Positions 1-13,400 of a DNA stretch of 64,000 bases are shown here, piece after piece. Where the stretch lies: positions 81,034,001 through 81,098,000 of the forward strand of contig NC_135813.1 of NCBI RefSeq assembly GCF_964213995.1, read 5' to 3'. A program made the position numbers and the translations under genes. A model generated the notes under the pieces. It made no database searches. It saw only the letters and a program-made list of their open reading frames with translations, and had not been told where the DNA came from. How positions within the stretch are numbered: position 1 is the first letter of the stretch; every line of letters begins with the position of its first letter. Origin of the DNA: Mustelus asterias. Lineage: Eukaryota.

Positions 1-400
1 GTTGGTACGTGACCTCAGACTTTTGTATCCTTTTCCCGATGGAAGAGAGAATGTCCGGGGCACAATTATGCTGGCTGCTTTGCCGAGGCAGCGGGAAGTG
101 TAGACAGAGTCAGTGGATGGGAGGCTGGTTTGCATGATGGATTGGGCTACATTCACGACCTTTTGTAGTTTCTTGCGGTCTTGGGCAGAGCAGGAGCCAA
201 ACCAAGCTGTGATACAACCAGAAAGAATGCTTTCTATGGTGCATCTGTAAAAGTTGGTGAGAGTCATCGCTGACGTGCCAAATTTCCTTAGTCTTCTGAG
301 AAAGTAGAAACGTAGGTGGGCTTTCTTAACTGTAGTGTCAGCATGGGGGGGACCAGGACAGGTTGTTGGGGATATGGACACCTAAAAACTTGAAGCCCTC
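1..400 (-). mobile_element. Rex1/Babar-type LINE fragment
   Basis: Near-identical to 54679-55090, which encodes [29 protein letters not shown]. Confidence 0.8.
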
Positions 401-401
401 G

Positions 402-1135
402 GGATTAAGACAGATTGTTACTTGAATGGGTGTAAATTGAGGGAGGTGGATATTCAATGAGACCTTGGAATCCTCATGCATCAGTCACTGAAAGTAAGCC
501 TGCAGGTACAGCAGGCAGTAAAGAAGGCAAATGGCTTTCATAGTGAGAGGATTTGAGTATAGGGATAGGGCTGTTTTGCTGCAATTGTATAGGGTGAGGC
601 CACATCTGGAGTATTGTGTGCAGTTTTGGTGTCCTTATCTGAGGAAGGATGTCCTTGCTATAGAGGGAGTGCAGCGAAGGTTTACCAGGCTGATTCCTCG
701 GATGGCATGTCTGTCATACAAGGAGAGATTAAATCGGTTAGGGTTATATTCACTGGAGTTTAGAAGAGTGAGAGGGGATTTCATTGAAACTTATAAAATT
801 CTAATAGTGTTAGACCGGGTAGATTCAGAAAGCATGTTCCCAATGATGGGGGAGTCCAGAACTCGGGGTCATAGTTTGAGGATAAGGGAGTAAACCTTTT
901 AGAACTGAGGTGAGGAGAAATTTCTTCACCAGAGGGTGGTTAATGTGTGGAATTCACTAACACAGAATGTAGTTAGGCTAAAACGTTGTGAGATTTCAAG
1001 AAGAAATTAGAAATAGCTCTTGGGGCTAAAGGGATCAATGGATATAGGGGAAGGGGGAATCAGGATATTGAATTCAATGATCAGCTATGATCAAAATGAA
1101 TAGCAGAGCAGGCTCAAAGGGCTGAATGACCAAAT
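402..1135 (+). mobile_element. CR1 LINE 3' fragment
   Basis: ORF 531-893 [34 protein letters not shown], the typical CR1 ORF2 C-terminus. Confidence 0.9.
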
Positions 1136-1372
1136 CCTTTTAATTGCTTCTTGTTGCTTTTAGTTTCTATGTTTAAAACAACAAGCTTCACCAGCCAAAC
1201 TTTCCCTTATTCTTTGCTGTGATCCTCACTGATTCTGGATGAGATTACAGAGGAAAATCCAACCCAGCATATCCTAAGGTAGAAGAAAACAGAGACCCAA
1301 TTTTATAGACAGTTTAACTTTGTTTTCATGGGCATGTCCAATAGCATCAAAATAATAATCATTTTTTTTAAG

Positions 1373-1499
1373 TTTGACGTCATGGGCACAGAAAGTTAAA
1401 CAGAAGAATCAGAAATCAAAACTTGCAAAGGGATCTGGATTGGAGAGGACACAGCCACAAGGATGTGGGCCGCCACAGGAGATTGAAACACCAGAAGAT
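1373..1499 (+). CDS. MPHOSPH9: MPHOSPH9 exon ([14 protein letters not shown]...EIETPED)
   Basis: T-tract + AG at 1371-1372, open frame, donor GTAAGT at 1500; ends in phase 0, matching the next exon. Confidence 0.85.
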
Positions 1500-4400
1500 G
1501 TAAGTGTTGATGTTATTTAAGCTACAATTAAAGCTACTCTTCCAGCAGTTTTCTCTGAATACTCATGAATTCTACAGCCGTTATTGCTCTTCAAAGTGGA
1601 GAACTATCTCTGAAGGCTTTTGATAATCTATTGTAATTTTATGCTGTCGATTTAATGTTTCTTTCTCCCTCCCTAACAGCCCTGTGGGTGTGCCTACACT
1701 ACATGGATGGCTGTGGTTGAAGAAGGCAGCTCACTACCAGTACCTCGAGGGCAATTAGGGATGGGCAACGAATGTTGGCTAGCCAGCGAAGCCCGCATCT
1801 CATGAAATTTGTATTTAACGGAGGAAAGATGTGCAGGTTAGGTGGATTGGCCATGCTAAACGCACAAGGTTATGGGGTAGGGTACGGGCTGGGCCTGGGT
1901 AAGATGCTCTTTTGGAGAGTCAATGCAGACTCAATGGGCCGTATAGTCTCTTTCTGCACTGTAGGGATTCTATGGTTCTTTGATAAAAGCTGTCAATGAA
2001 CATTTAATTATTGTGCATTGTGAAGTATTGACTGGTGACGGTATGTTTTGAAGCATCAAACAACCGGTTATCAGTTAGTTCTGAGGAAATTTATCAATGT
2101 ATCTGGAGCTACATGGAAACAAGAATGAACCATGGCACAATGTTTAACTAAATAATAATCTTGTTGTAAAGTAATCTTTAGGGATGAGCAACCATAATAT
2201 GGGATTATGTTTAAAAGTGAGGTAGTTCAATCTGCACTAGGGTTTTAAATTTGAACAAAGGAAACAATGGAAGTATGAGGGACAAATTGGCTGAGGTGGA
2301 TTGGGAAAGTATGTTAAAAGGGATGATGGTACACAGGCAATGGATATCCTTTAAATAATTATTACATTGTTTACTGCAAGTATACATTTCTTCAAGGCAC
2401 AAAAATCCACAAAGAAATGTCAGTTAACTTGGCTAACAAAAGAAGTTAAGGATTGTACAAGATTAAAAGAAAAGGTCTATAAAGTTGCCAGAAATGATAG
2501 TAAACCTGAGGATTATTAGAGTACAGCAAAGTAGGACCAACAAACTGATAGAGATAGGGGGAAGAGAATATGAATATAAAGTAACAAAATAGACTGTATT
2601 TAAAAAAAACTTTTGACTAAGGTAAATATGGATCCAATACAGGCAGAGTCAGGAAAATTTATAATGGGAAATAGCAAAATGGCAGAGAAGCTAAATGATT
2701 ACTTTATGTCTGTCTTCACTGGGGAAGATACAAAAAAATCTCCCAGAATTAGAGATCCAGGGGACTAAGGAGAATGAGGAATTGAAGAAAATCAGTATTA
2801 GTAAGAAGGTTGTATTGGAGAAATTAATGGGACTGTAGATGATGGGAGTGATCTTGCTGGCATGGTGAGCCGCAAGACAGTGTGGGTTCGCGCCTGGCTT
2901 CTCTACTCTCACAATGATACCGGCACTGAATTGCCAGCATAATCAGCCTCTCGCTTGGAAAGGACACGAGGCTGATTCCAATGTTCATTTGCTAATTTAA
3001 ATATTATTAGAGAGCCCAGGATACAATCATCCGGGCACACCTGCCATAACGGCCTAGGTTGGGGGTGGAGAGACAGTGCCTCTTGGGCAGTGCCAGCCTG
3101 GCACCCTGGAACTGCCCACAGGTGCCTAAGGGGAGGCCGTGTGTGGGGAGCTAAGCACTCTGTATTGGGGATTGCCTGGGTGAGAATCACACTTTGCCTC
3201 ATTTTTTGTTTCTTAAGTCATAAGATTTGATTTTTATTTTCTCTCGCCGAAAATACTGGTCTGAAACACTCCCGTTTTCACGATTGTTCAGCACTTAGAA
3301 TGTTTTTGGTAAGATTGTCCCCTGGGATCTGATATTCTACATCCCAGAGTGATGAAAAGTTTTTAAAGTTTATTTATTAGTGTCACAAGTAGGCTTACAT
3401 TGACATTGCAATGAAGTTGCTGTGAAAAGCCCCTAGTTGCCACACTCCAGCACCTGTTCGGGTACACAGGGAGAATTTAGCATGGCCAATGCACCTAACC
3501 AGCATGTCTTTCGGACTGTGGGAGGAAACCAGACCACCTGGAGAAACCCACGCTGACACGGGGAGAACGTGCAGACTCAGCACAGACAGTGACCCAAGCC
3601 GGGAATTGAACCTGGGTCCCTGGTGCTGTTAGGCACCAGTGCTAACCACGGTGCCATCGGGCTGCCCCAAGAGGTAGCTATAGAGATTGTGGATACATTG
3701 GTTATTATCTTCCAAAATTCTATAGAATTTAGAAAGGCCCCTACAGATTGGAAGGTAGCAAAAGTCACCACACTATTTAAGAAGGAAGGTGAGAGAAAAC
3801 TGGGAACCATAGACCTGCTAACCTGACATCAGTAGTAGGGAGAATGCTAGTACTACAAGGATCACAACTTGGGCCCCAGCTGTTCACAATATGTATCAAT
3901 GATTGGGATCTGAGAACCAAATGTCCCCTTACCTTAGGAAGGATATTATTTCCAAGTTTGCAGATGACACAAAGTTAGATGGGAATGTGTGTTGTGAGGA
4001 AGATGCAAAACAGCTTGAAGAAGAGTTGGGCAGACTTAATGAGTGGGCAAGAAAATAGCAGATGGAATATGATGTGAAAAGCTATGAGGTTCTCCAGTGT
4101 GGTGGGAGGAATGGATGTGCAGAATAATTCTTAAATAGTGAGAGATTAGAAAGTGTAGATGTACAAAAGGGCTTGGGTGTCGTTGTCAGCTACTGAAAGC
4201 TAACCTGCAGGTGCACAAAACAATTAGGGAGGCTAATGGTATGTTGGCCTCGATTCCTGCACTCAATTACTCTTGTGATAGTGAAGTCTTGCTTCAATTT
4301 GATTTGAGTTATTATTGTCACGTGTTAGTATATAGTGAAAAGTATTGTTTCTTGCACGCTATACAGACAAAGCATGCTGTTAATAGAGAAGGAAAGGAAA

Positions 4401-7400
4401 GAGTGCAGAATGTAGTGTTACAGCCATAGCTAGATGTAGAGAAAGATCAACCTAATGTAACTTAATTGTATAGAAGCTTGGTTAGACTCCACTTGAAGTA
4501 CTGTGTGCAGTTTGGTCCACTTGTCTCAGAAAGGATATTATTACCATCGAGGGAGTGCAATGAAAGTCCACCAGACTTGTTCCTGGGATGGCGGGACTGT
4601 ACCATGAAGAGAGATGGAAAAGCTGGATCTGTATTCTCTAGTGTTTCGAAGAATGAGAGATAATCTCATTGAAACCTACAAAATACTTGAAGGAACAGAC
4701 AGGGTAGATGCTAGTAAGATGTTTCCCTTGGTTGGGAGTCTTGAGCTGGGGCTGCCACTTAAGTCTGAGATAAGGAGAATCTTCTTATCTTCTTAATCTT
4801 ATTGTGAATCTTTGGAATTCTCTGCCCCAGAGAATTGTGCAAACTCAGTCATTGAGCATGTTTAAAACAAATATTGACAGATAAATACCAGTGACATAAA
4901 TGCTATATGGTATTTAGATACATAATGGATAGTAAGAGGCTTTTTCCAAGGATGGAAGTGTCAATTACAAGGGGGCACAAGTTCAAGGTGAGAGGGGAAA
5001 GTTTAAGGGAGATGTGCGGGGGAAGCTTTTCATACAGAGTGGTGGGTGCCTGGAATGTGCTGCTAGAGGAGATGGAGGAAGCAGGCACATTAACAAATTT
5101 AATAGGTGATCTGGATGGTTAGATGAATAGGGAGGGAATAGAGGGATATAGACCGAGTAAGGGCAGAAGGTTTTTTTTAGTTTAGTTAGGGCATCATGAT
5201 TGGCATAAGCTTGGAGGACCGAAGGGCCTGTTCATGTGCTGTACTTTTCTTTGTTCTCTATAAAGGGATATGGGATAGTGTGAGGAAAAAGGCACTGAAG
5301 TGGATGATCAACCATGATTGTATTGAATGTTGGAGCAAGCTCAATGGCTTGCCCATGTTCTTATGTTCCTGTGTTTCCAGAAATTGTGGGTTCTATGGAA
5401 GGCAATTTAATCAACTTTTTGACATTTTTCTTGATGTACATTTAAAGAATGCCTTCATGCATGTTATTTAGGTAATTCAAATACACAATTAAAATGTCAT
5501 TAAACATGACAATTCCTTATGTAACACCATCAAAAGGACTGCAGCAATTCAAGAAGGCCACACTTGTCTGGGCAAATGTGGATGGGCAATTCTTACAATC
5601 TAACCAGCAAAACACTCAGTCTGAGAAGAAATTGAAAGAACAGTATTAAGTAATTTAAAATGACTTTATGCAATTATTTTTGTGTAGAACAAAGTTTTAC
5701 ATTTAAATTACTTTTCTAAATTTCAGGTAAATTTGCAATCTGCAGGCTCATCTCATAACTGCTTCTACCTCAACAGACCTTCCACCAGTCCAAATTCCTT
5801 GGTATCTAATGTTTCAGGTAAATACAAATTCCAGCTTCTTTGACCCTTGAATTTAATGTCTGGATTATTTTGTAATTAGTCATTCTATCTTTCTTAGATA
5901 TTAACCTGCCCAGAATTCCATCACATCCATGATGCAGAAAAACTGTTTTCAGACCTTTGCAGTGCTTCCTTATGTTTGGAGACCAAGATGTTGTGCAGAC
6001 AGAATGGATACCTATTTTCCCATGAAGCTCTCTCTGAATACTGCTGCACCTCTTTGTCTGTCTATTGTGTAGCTCAGAGGGGAATTAAACATAGTGTGGG
6101 ATCAGACTTGGTGATGTTTTTACTCAGGATGGTGCAAGTTGATGTTCAGCACACCATATAACTATGTCATATTGAGCTTAATTTTTATTGGTAGGAGTGC
6201 ATTTTTATTTGTAGGATGGCATTAAATACAGAAAAGTCCCACCATTTGTGAAGGTTCCCATGAAATCTTGCCAGTGATGAAATTGCAAATGAAAACCATG
6301 CTTTTGAATGGGACTGAATTATATAGTTTGCAGCCATGCAAGGGCAATATTAGTTTGGGCAGATACTCTAAAGCAGTGGTTCCCAATCAGTGTGTCATGA
6401 AGAACTCCTCCAAGTGTGCCGCGAAAAAAAATTCAAAATGATTACAAATTCTTGTAATTAAACTAAAACTAACCTTTGTCTTCAACTCTGTGGTTGACAT
6501 CGCCAAGACTTTGTCAGAGATCCTTGGTTACCAGCAACCTTAGGCACACTTATTCGACTCTTAACACAAACCGTGCTGGTCACCATGCATTCAATGCAAG
6601 GTCTTTAATTACTTGTACACAGGGAGAACTCCCCTCCCTCCATCGAAATGGCTGGAGTAGTTCTGACGTTACAGAGAAATAACTCAGCAGCTATAGTCAA
6701 TCACAGCAAATCAAGAACAAGAGATTTTTCACATCTTTCATTGACATACATATTTGCCAATTAAATCCTGGCTTTTCACCCTTTCTCATTCGATGAAAAA
6801 TTGACTTCTGCGAATCCTTTATTTGCATAGCTTATCCCCATATCTTGCCTTTGGTTTTTGTTATGGAAAAAATCTGGTCTTGTTCACCCTCCGGTGAAGG
6901 TCAAAAAGCAGAATGTTATGTGGCCTAGTCTGAAGCAAGCAGGGTCCCTTGAAGGTCTGCAACTGATAACATTCTCACAAGCTGTTGTAGAGAAGGCATG
7001 ATTTTTAAAAATCTGAGCATTTTAACTTCCACAACCTGATAATCCTCAGGCCTCGATAGGCTCCTGAGACTTCTGTCCTGTGCTTCACCTTTCTCTTTTT
7101 AAATTATAATACTGCTTTTTTCTCATGCTTCATTTCCCTACCTGAGGTGATAGTACTCAAAATATCAATACAAAAGCAAAGTACTGAAATCTGACATAAG
7201 AAGAAAACATGTTAGAAAAACTGAGATAATCAGGCAGCATCTGTGAAGAGAAACGGTCAACGCTCATTTTGAAAACCATTTCAGAATATTAAATCAAGTA
7301 CGTACTGGATAAATTATTTGTGAACTGTGTCAAAGTTCCCTTTATATTGTACTGTATACATTTTTCCAAGTCAATAGCCCAGATTTAGTGATAGCTGGAA

Positions 7401-10400
7401 CTGAAGCTATCAGTACTCAGCATTATTATGGTAGAAATCAGGTTTTTGGCATCCATACATGCACAGTGAAATATATAAACTCGCTTTTCCTGATTCCCCT
7501 CTGGATTTTCCACCTGTGTCGCCATTCTATCTGACGGCGAACACGGGCTGAAAATCGCCCCAAAAAGCCTTTTGCTGAAGGGCAGTTCAGAGAAAAAAGT
7601 AAGTGTGCCTCAATTTTTTTTATAGTTTAGAGGTGTGTCGTGACATGCTAAAGGTTGGGAATCACTGCTGTACAGTAAATTGTGGCTCAGTACCTGTATA
7701 CAACAGACAGGGGAGTCTCTGAGCAGTACATTGATGAAGATTTAAAATTGAATGGAGCCATTATTGCAGCTCTGGACTCAGCAGTTCAGACATTCCTGGG
7801 TTAGTTCCTTCAATCAGGCTGCACTTCAGCTGAAACCATTCCAGTCTCTGCTCCCTCATGGTTGCCATCTCCCCAGGGAAAGAAAAGAGAGGGAGATAAG
7901 TGAACATCATTGATGCAATGGACGATGCAGTAAACAAAATACAAAGTGCAAGCAAGTGAAAATGTGAACCAGGAAGTCACGAATGGCAGAATGTTACTGT
8001 ATTTTCATCTGAATGCAATATTTGTACATGCATTACAAAGCAACTTGCAATTGACCAGTGGATACAAAAACATATCTCTTTCTTTGTATTTTAATGGTAT
8101 TTTTACATTTGATCTCTGGTTACTGACTCATTCCCAATTTGTCTTGTCAAAATTGATCTTAATTTTGAACACTGCTGACAATATCCTGGCAATAGTATTG
8201 AAGACTTGTGCTCCAGAGCCTACCGCATCCCTAGCCAAGTTGTCCCAGTACAGCTACAGCACTGGCATGTGGAAAATTGCCCAGGTTTGTCCGGTACACA
8301 CAAGCAGGACAAATCCAACCTGGCCAATTATTGCCCATCACTCTCGATCAAGTGGCACTTGCTTAGCAATAACCTGTTCATGACACCCAGTTTAAGTTCT
8401 ACCAGAGCTACTCAGCTCCTGACCTCATTACCACCTTGGTTGAAAAATGGACAGAACAGCTAAACCCCAGCGGTGAGATGAGTATGACTGCCCTTGACAT
8501 CAAGGCAGCATTTGACTAAGTGTGGCATCAAAAAGCCCTAGCAAAACTAGAGATAATAGGAATCAGGGAGAAAACACTCTGCTGGTTGGAGCCATGCCTA
8601 GCACAAAGTTGGAGCTGGTTATTGGATGTTAATAATCTCAGTTCCAAGACATAAATGCAAGAGTTCCTCAGGGTAGTGCCCTTGGCCCCAACCATCTTCA
8701 GCTGCTGCATCAGTCACCTATCATTGGGTCAGAAATTAGGATATTCGCTGATGAATGCATATTGTTTAGCACCATTCGTAACTCCTCAGATACTGATGCA
8801 GTCCATGTCCAAATGCAGCAGGTCGTGGACAAGATCCAGGTTTTGGCTGACAAATGGCAAGTAATATTCATACTACACAAGTGCCAGTCAATGACCATCT
8901 CCAACAGGAGAGAATCTAACCATTGTCCCACCCAAAGCCTGTACACCATCTACAAGACACAAGTCAGGAGTGGATGAGTGCAGCTCTAATAACACTCAAA
9001 AACTAAAGCATCCCGACTGTGCAGGAGACCATTTGGCTCAGAGTCTGCACTTACTCTCCGAAAGAGCATCTTACCAAGGCCCACCCCCACCTATTTCCCA
9101 GTAACAACACGCATTTACCCTGTTAATCTCTCTAACTTACACATCCTGGGACACTAAGGGGCAATTTAGCATGGCCAATCCACCTAACCTGCACATCTTT
9201 GGACTGTGGGAGGAAACTGGAACACCTGAAAGAAACCCACGCGCACACTGGGAGAATGTGCAACCTTGTCACAGACAGTCACCTGTGGAGATCTGTGTGG
9301 AGTTTGCACGTCCTCCCCGTGTCTGTATGGGTTTCCTCCGGGTGCTCTGGTTTCCTCCCACAGTCCGAAAGACATGCTGCTTGGGTGCATTGGCCTTGCT
9401 AAATTGCCCTTTTATGTCCTGGCATGCGTAGGTTAGAGGGATTAGTGGGGTAAGTATGTGGGGTTAGGGGGATCAGGCCTCGGTGGGATTGTTGTCGGTG
9501 TGGACTTGATGGGCTGAATGGCCTCCTTCTGCGCTGTAGGAATTCTATGATTCACCTGTTGTGCCTGCCGCACAGTCTGTTTTAATTCTTATAAGTTGGA
9601 CAAATAATTGCGAGTGGACTTCTTGTTAGTATAGTATTTATTCACACACAATTATTAACACCCACCCAATCAATACTAAGTTATCTTACAGAATACTGAC
9701 ATTCAAGTCCAAGACAAGATCTTGACTTGACTTTTGCGTGACTGGCAAGTACCCAGGCAGATATTGGCCTTTATCCGCGTGTTGGTCTCCATGGTCCTCT
9801 TCGTAGTCTGTTCCTTTGGTCTGGTCTGATATTCTGGCTCTGGTCTTCCTTCTTTGGTGTGAACAAAGAACAAAGAAAATTACAACACAGGAGCAGGCCC
9901 TTCGGCTCTCCAAGCCTGCACCGACCATGCGACTTAACTAAAACCCCCTATCCTTGTGGGGACCATATCCCTCCATTCCCATCCTATTCATGTATTTGTC
10001 AAAATACCCCTTAAAAGTCACTATCGTATCTGCTTCCACTACCTCTCCCGGCAGCGAGTTCCAAGCACCCTCCACCCTCCGTATAAAAAAAAATCTTGCC
10101 TTGTACATCTCCTTTAAACCGATGCCCCATAGTAATTGACTCTTCCACCCTGGGAAAAAACTTCTGACTATCCACTCTGTCCATGTCCCTCATAATCTTG
10201 TAGACTTCTATCAGGTCGCTTCTCAACCTCCGTCGTTCCAGTGAGAACAAACCAAATTTCTCCAACCTCTCCTCATAGCTAATGCCCTCCATACCAGGCA
10301 ACATCCTGGTAAATCTTTTCTGTACCCACTCCAAAGCCTCCACATCCTTCTGATAGTGTGGCGACCAGAATTGAACACTATATTCCAAGTGCAGCCTAAC

Positions 10401-13400
10401 TAAGGTTCCATAAAGCTGCAACATGACTTGCTAATTTTTAAACACAATGCCCTGGCCGATGAAGGCAAGCATGCTGTATGCCTTCTTGATTAACTTCTCC
10501 ACCTGTGTTGCCACTTTCAATGACCTGCGTACCTGGACACCCAGATCCCTCTGTCTATCAATGCTGTTAAGAGTTCTGCCATTTACTGTATATTTCCTAT
10601 CTGTATTAGACTTTCCAAAATGCATTACCTCACATTTGTCCGGATTAAACTCCATCTGCCATCTCTACGCCCAAGTCTCCAACTGATCTATATCCTGCTG
10701 TATCCTCTGACGGTCCTCATTGCTATCCGCAAATCCACCAACCTTTGTGTTATCTGCAAACTTACTAATCAAACCAGTTACATTTTCCTCCAAATCATTT
10801 ATACATATTACAAACAGCAAAGGTCCCAGCACTGATCCCTGAGGAACGCCACTTGTCAGAGCCCTCCATTCAGAAACACACTCTTCCACTGCTACCCTCT
10901 GTCTTCTATGAGCGAGCCAGTTCTGTATCCACTTTGCCAGCTCACCTCTGATCCCATGCAACTTCACCTTCTGCACCAGTCTGCCATGAGGGACCTTGTC
11001 ACAGGCCTTACTAAAGTCCAGTGTGGTGGCTCTCCTTGTGCTGGTCGTTGCTGGTGATGGTCATTGTTATTGTGGTTCGTTCATTGGGGAGAGAAAGAGA
11101 GATTCTTCTGTTGTGCAGCACCTTTTACATCTCGTTGGCTTCACGCCCTTTTTGGCCATTGCCAATCAATCAATCAGGGCTTGGTCATCCTGCTGCCACA
11201 CCGATCTCTGGGTATGTACCCAATGGCCATGCCTGAAGGTGCTGGAAACATGTAGGTTGCATACCTCCCTCCTAAATAAGGGGTTATGGCACCCCTGTGT
11301 CTGGTAAACTACAGTAAGAAGTCTCACAACACCAGGTTAAAGTCCAACAGGTTTATTTGGTAGCAAATACCATAAGCTTTCGGAGCGATGCCCCTTTGTC
11401 AGATGGAGTAGTTATCTGTTCTCCAACAGTACACAGACACAGAAATCAAGTTACAGAATACTAATTAGAATGCAAATCTCTACAGCCAGCCAGGTCTTAA
11501 AAGGTACAGATAATGTGGGTGGAGGGAACATTAAACACAGGTTAAAGAGATGTGTATTGTCTCCAGACAGAACAGCTAGTGATATTATGCAAGATCAGGG
11601 GGAAGGCTGTGGCGAGCTGTGGGGGTTACTGATAATGTGACATAAATCCAACATCCCGGTTTAGGCCATCCTCATGTGTGCGGAACTTGGCTATCAGTTT
11701 CTGCTCAGCGACTCTGCGCTGTCGTGTGTTGTGAAGGCCGCCTTGGAGAACGCTTACCTGAAGATCCAAGGCTGAATGCCCGTGACTGCTGAAGTGCTCC
11801 CCCACAGGAAGAGAACAGTCTTGCCTGGTGATTGTCGAGCGGTGTTCATTCATCCGTTGTCGTAGCGTCTGCATGGTTTCCCCAATGTACCATGCCTCGG
11901 GACATCCTTTCCTGCAGCGTATCAGGTAGACAACGTTGGCCGAGTTGCAAGAGTATGTACCGTGTACCTGGTAGATGGTGTTCTCACGTGAGATGATGGC
12001 ATCCGTGTGGATGATCCGGCACGTCTTGCAGAGGTTGCTGTGGCAGGGTTGTGTGGTGTCATGGTCACTGTTCTCCTGAAGGCTGGGTAGTTTGCTGCGG
12101 ACAATGGTCTGTTTGAGGTTGTGTGGTTGTTTGAAGGCAAGAAGTGGGGGTGTGGGGATGGCCTTGGCGAGATGTTCGTCTTCATCAATGACATGTTGAA
12201 GGCTTCGGAGGAGATGCCGTAGCTTCTCCGCTCCGGGGAAGTACTGGATGACGAAGGGTACTCTGTCCACCGTGTCCTGTGTTTGTCTTCTGAGGAGGTC
12301 GGTGCGGTTTTTCGCTGTGGCGCATCGGAACTGTTGATCGATGAGTCGAGCACCATATCCTGTTCTTATGAGGGCATCTTTCAGCGTCTGGAGGTGTCTG
12401 TTGCGATCCTCCTCATCTGAGCAGATCCTGTGTATTCGGAGGGCTTGTCCGTAGGGGATGTCTTCTTTTACGTGTTTAGGGTGGAAGCTGGAGAAGTGGA
12501 GCATCATGAGGTTATCCGTGGGCTTGCGGTACAGTGAGGTGCTGAGGCGACCGTCCTTAATGGAGATGCGTGTGTCCAAGAATGCAACCGATTCCGGAGA
12601 GTAGTCCATGGTGAGTCTGATGGTGGGATGGAACTTGTTGATGTCATCATATAGTTGTTTCAGTGATTGCTCACCATGACTCCAAAGGAAGAAAATGTCA
12701 TCAATGTATCTAGTGTATAGCATTGGTTGAAGGTCCTGTGCGGTGAACTACATCTTGTAAACTACCCAGTTTGACCAGAAAATGTCCTTTGTCCTTGAGA
12801 TACATCCTATGTATTCCAACGTCTGCAGCTGCAGCCTGTTTATTTCTGTCCAGTTTATTTTGAGGCTGCAGCCTGTCTGTTTCAGTGCTTATTCAATTAT
12901 CCCAGCGTGCTCTTGTAAACCGCCATCTTAGGTGGCCCATTTGGCCACAGTCCCTCCTTTTGATCCTGAACATGAAGCGTGATGGATCACAGACTCAGGA
13001 CCAATATTTGTCAGGAATTTCCAGTCACTCAACAGTCAAGTAAGGCTCAGGCATTGGCATGCACAGTAATAACAAATCCCTACAACATATTTAATTTCAG
13101 AAGCTACAGACAGCAAACATTCTACTGTTAACCATGAATTGCAAACAACCAGTCATTCTAAAACAAAATCATTACAATAAGCCAATTACAAACAACCAAA
13201 CATTCAAAACAAAACATTACAATAAAATATTCACAAATCCGGGGTACATTCCGATGTTAGGATTTCCAATTATCCATTAGTGCAACTAGCAATCCGGCAG
13301 GTTTCAATAAACGTTGCTCGACTGAATTAGAGGGGTCCGTGATCAAGGGTGAACCCTACGTCCTGCCTCCAGGTGATCCTCTTTTTCCATCGGCAGAATT

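Larger units (their letters stand above)
2130..5370 (+). mobile_element. Old fragmented CR1 LINE(s), interrupted by a MITE, a V-SINE and a Rex1 tail
   Basis: CR1 motifs in ORFs 3623 ([15 protein letters not shown]), 4466/4614 and 4907; boundaries approximate. Confidence 0.75.
9557..12949 (-). repeat. 3' LTR (~780 bp reconstructed from 12949-12766, 11312-11026 and 9861-9557)
   Basis: TG...CA termini, AATAAA on the minus strand at 9642-9637 about 80 nt from the end, TATA-like TGTAAAAG near 11129-11122; the interruptions are bounded by TSDs. Confidence 0.65.

Noticed and set aside
1164-1278. Possible extra MPHOSPH9 exon ending AAG|GTAGAA
   Set aside because: The frame needed to join the 1373 exon has a TGA shortly upstream with no suitable acceptor after it, and I recognise no homology.
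9171-9431. Recurrent small ORFs such as [14 protein letters not shown].. and ..CVEFA..PRVCVGF
   Set aside because: Translations of the V-SINE core, repeated at every copy; non-coding.
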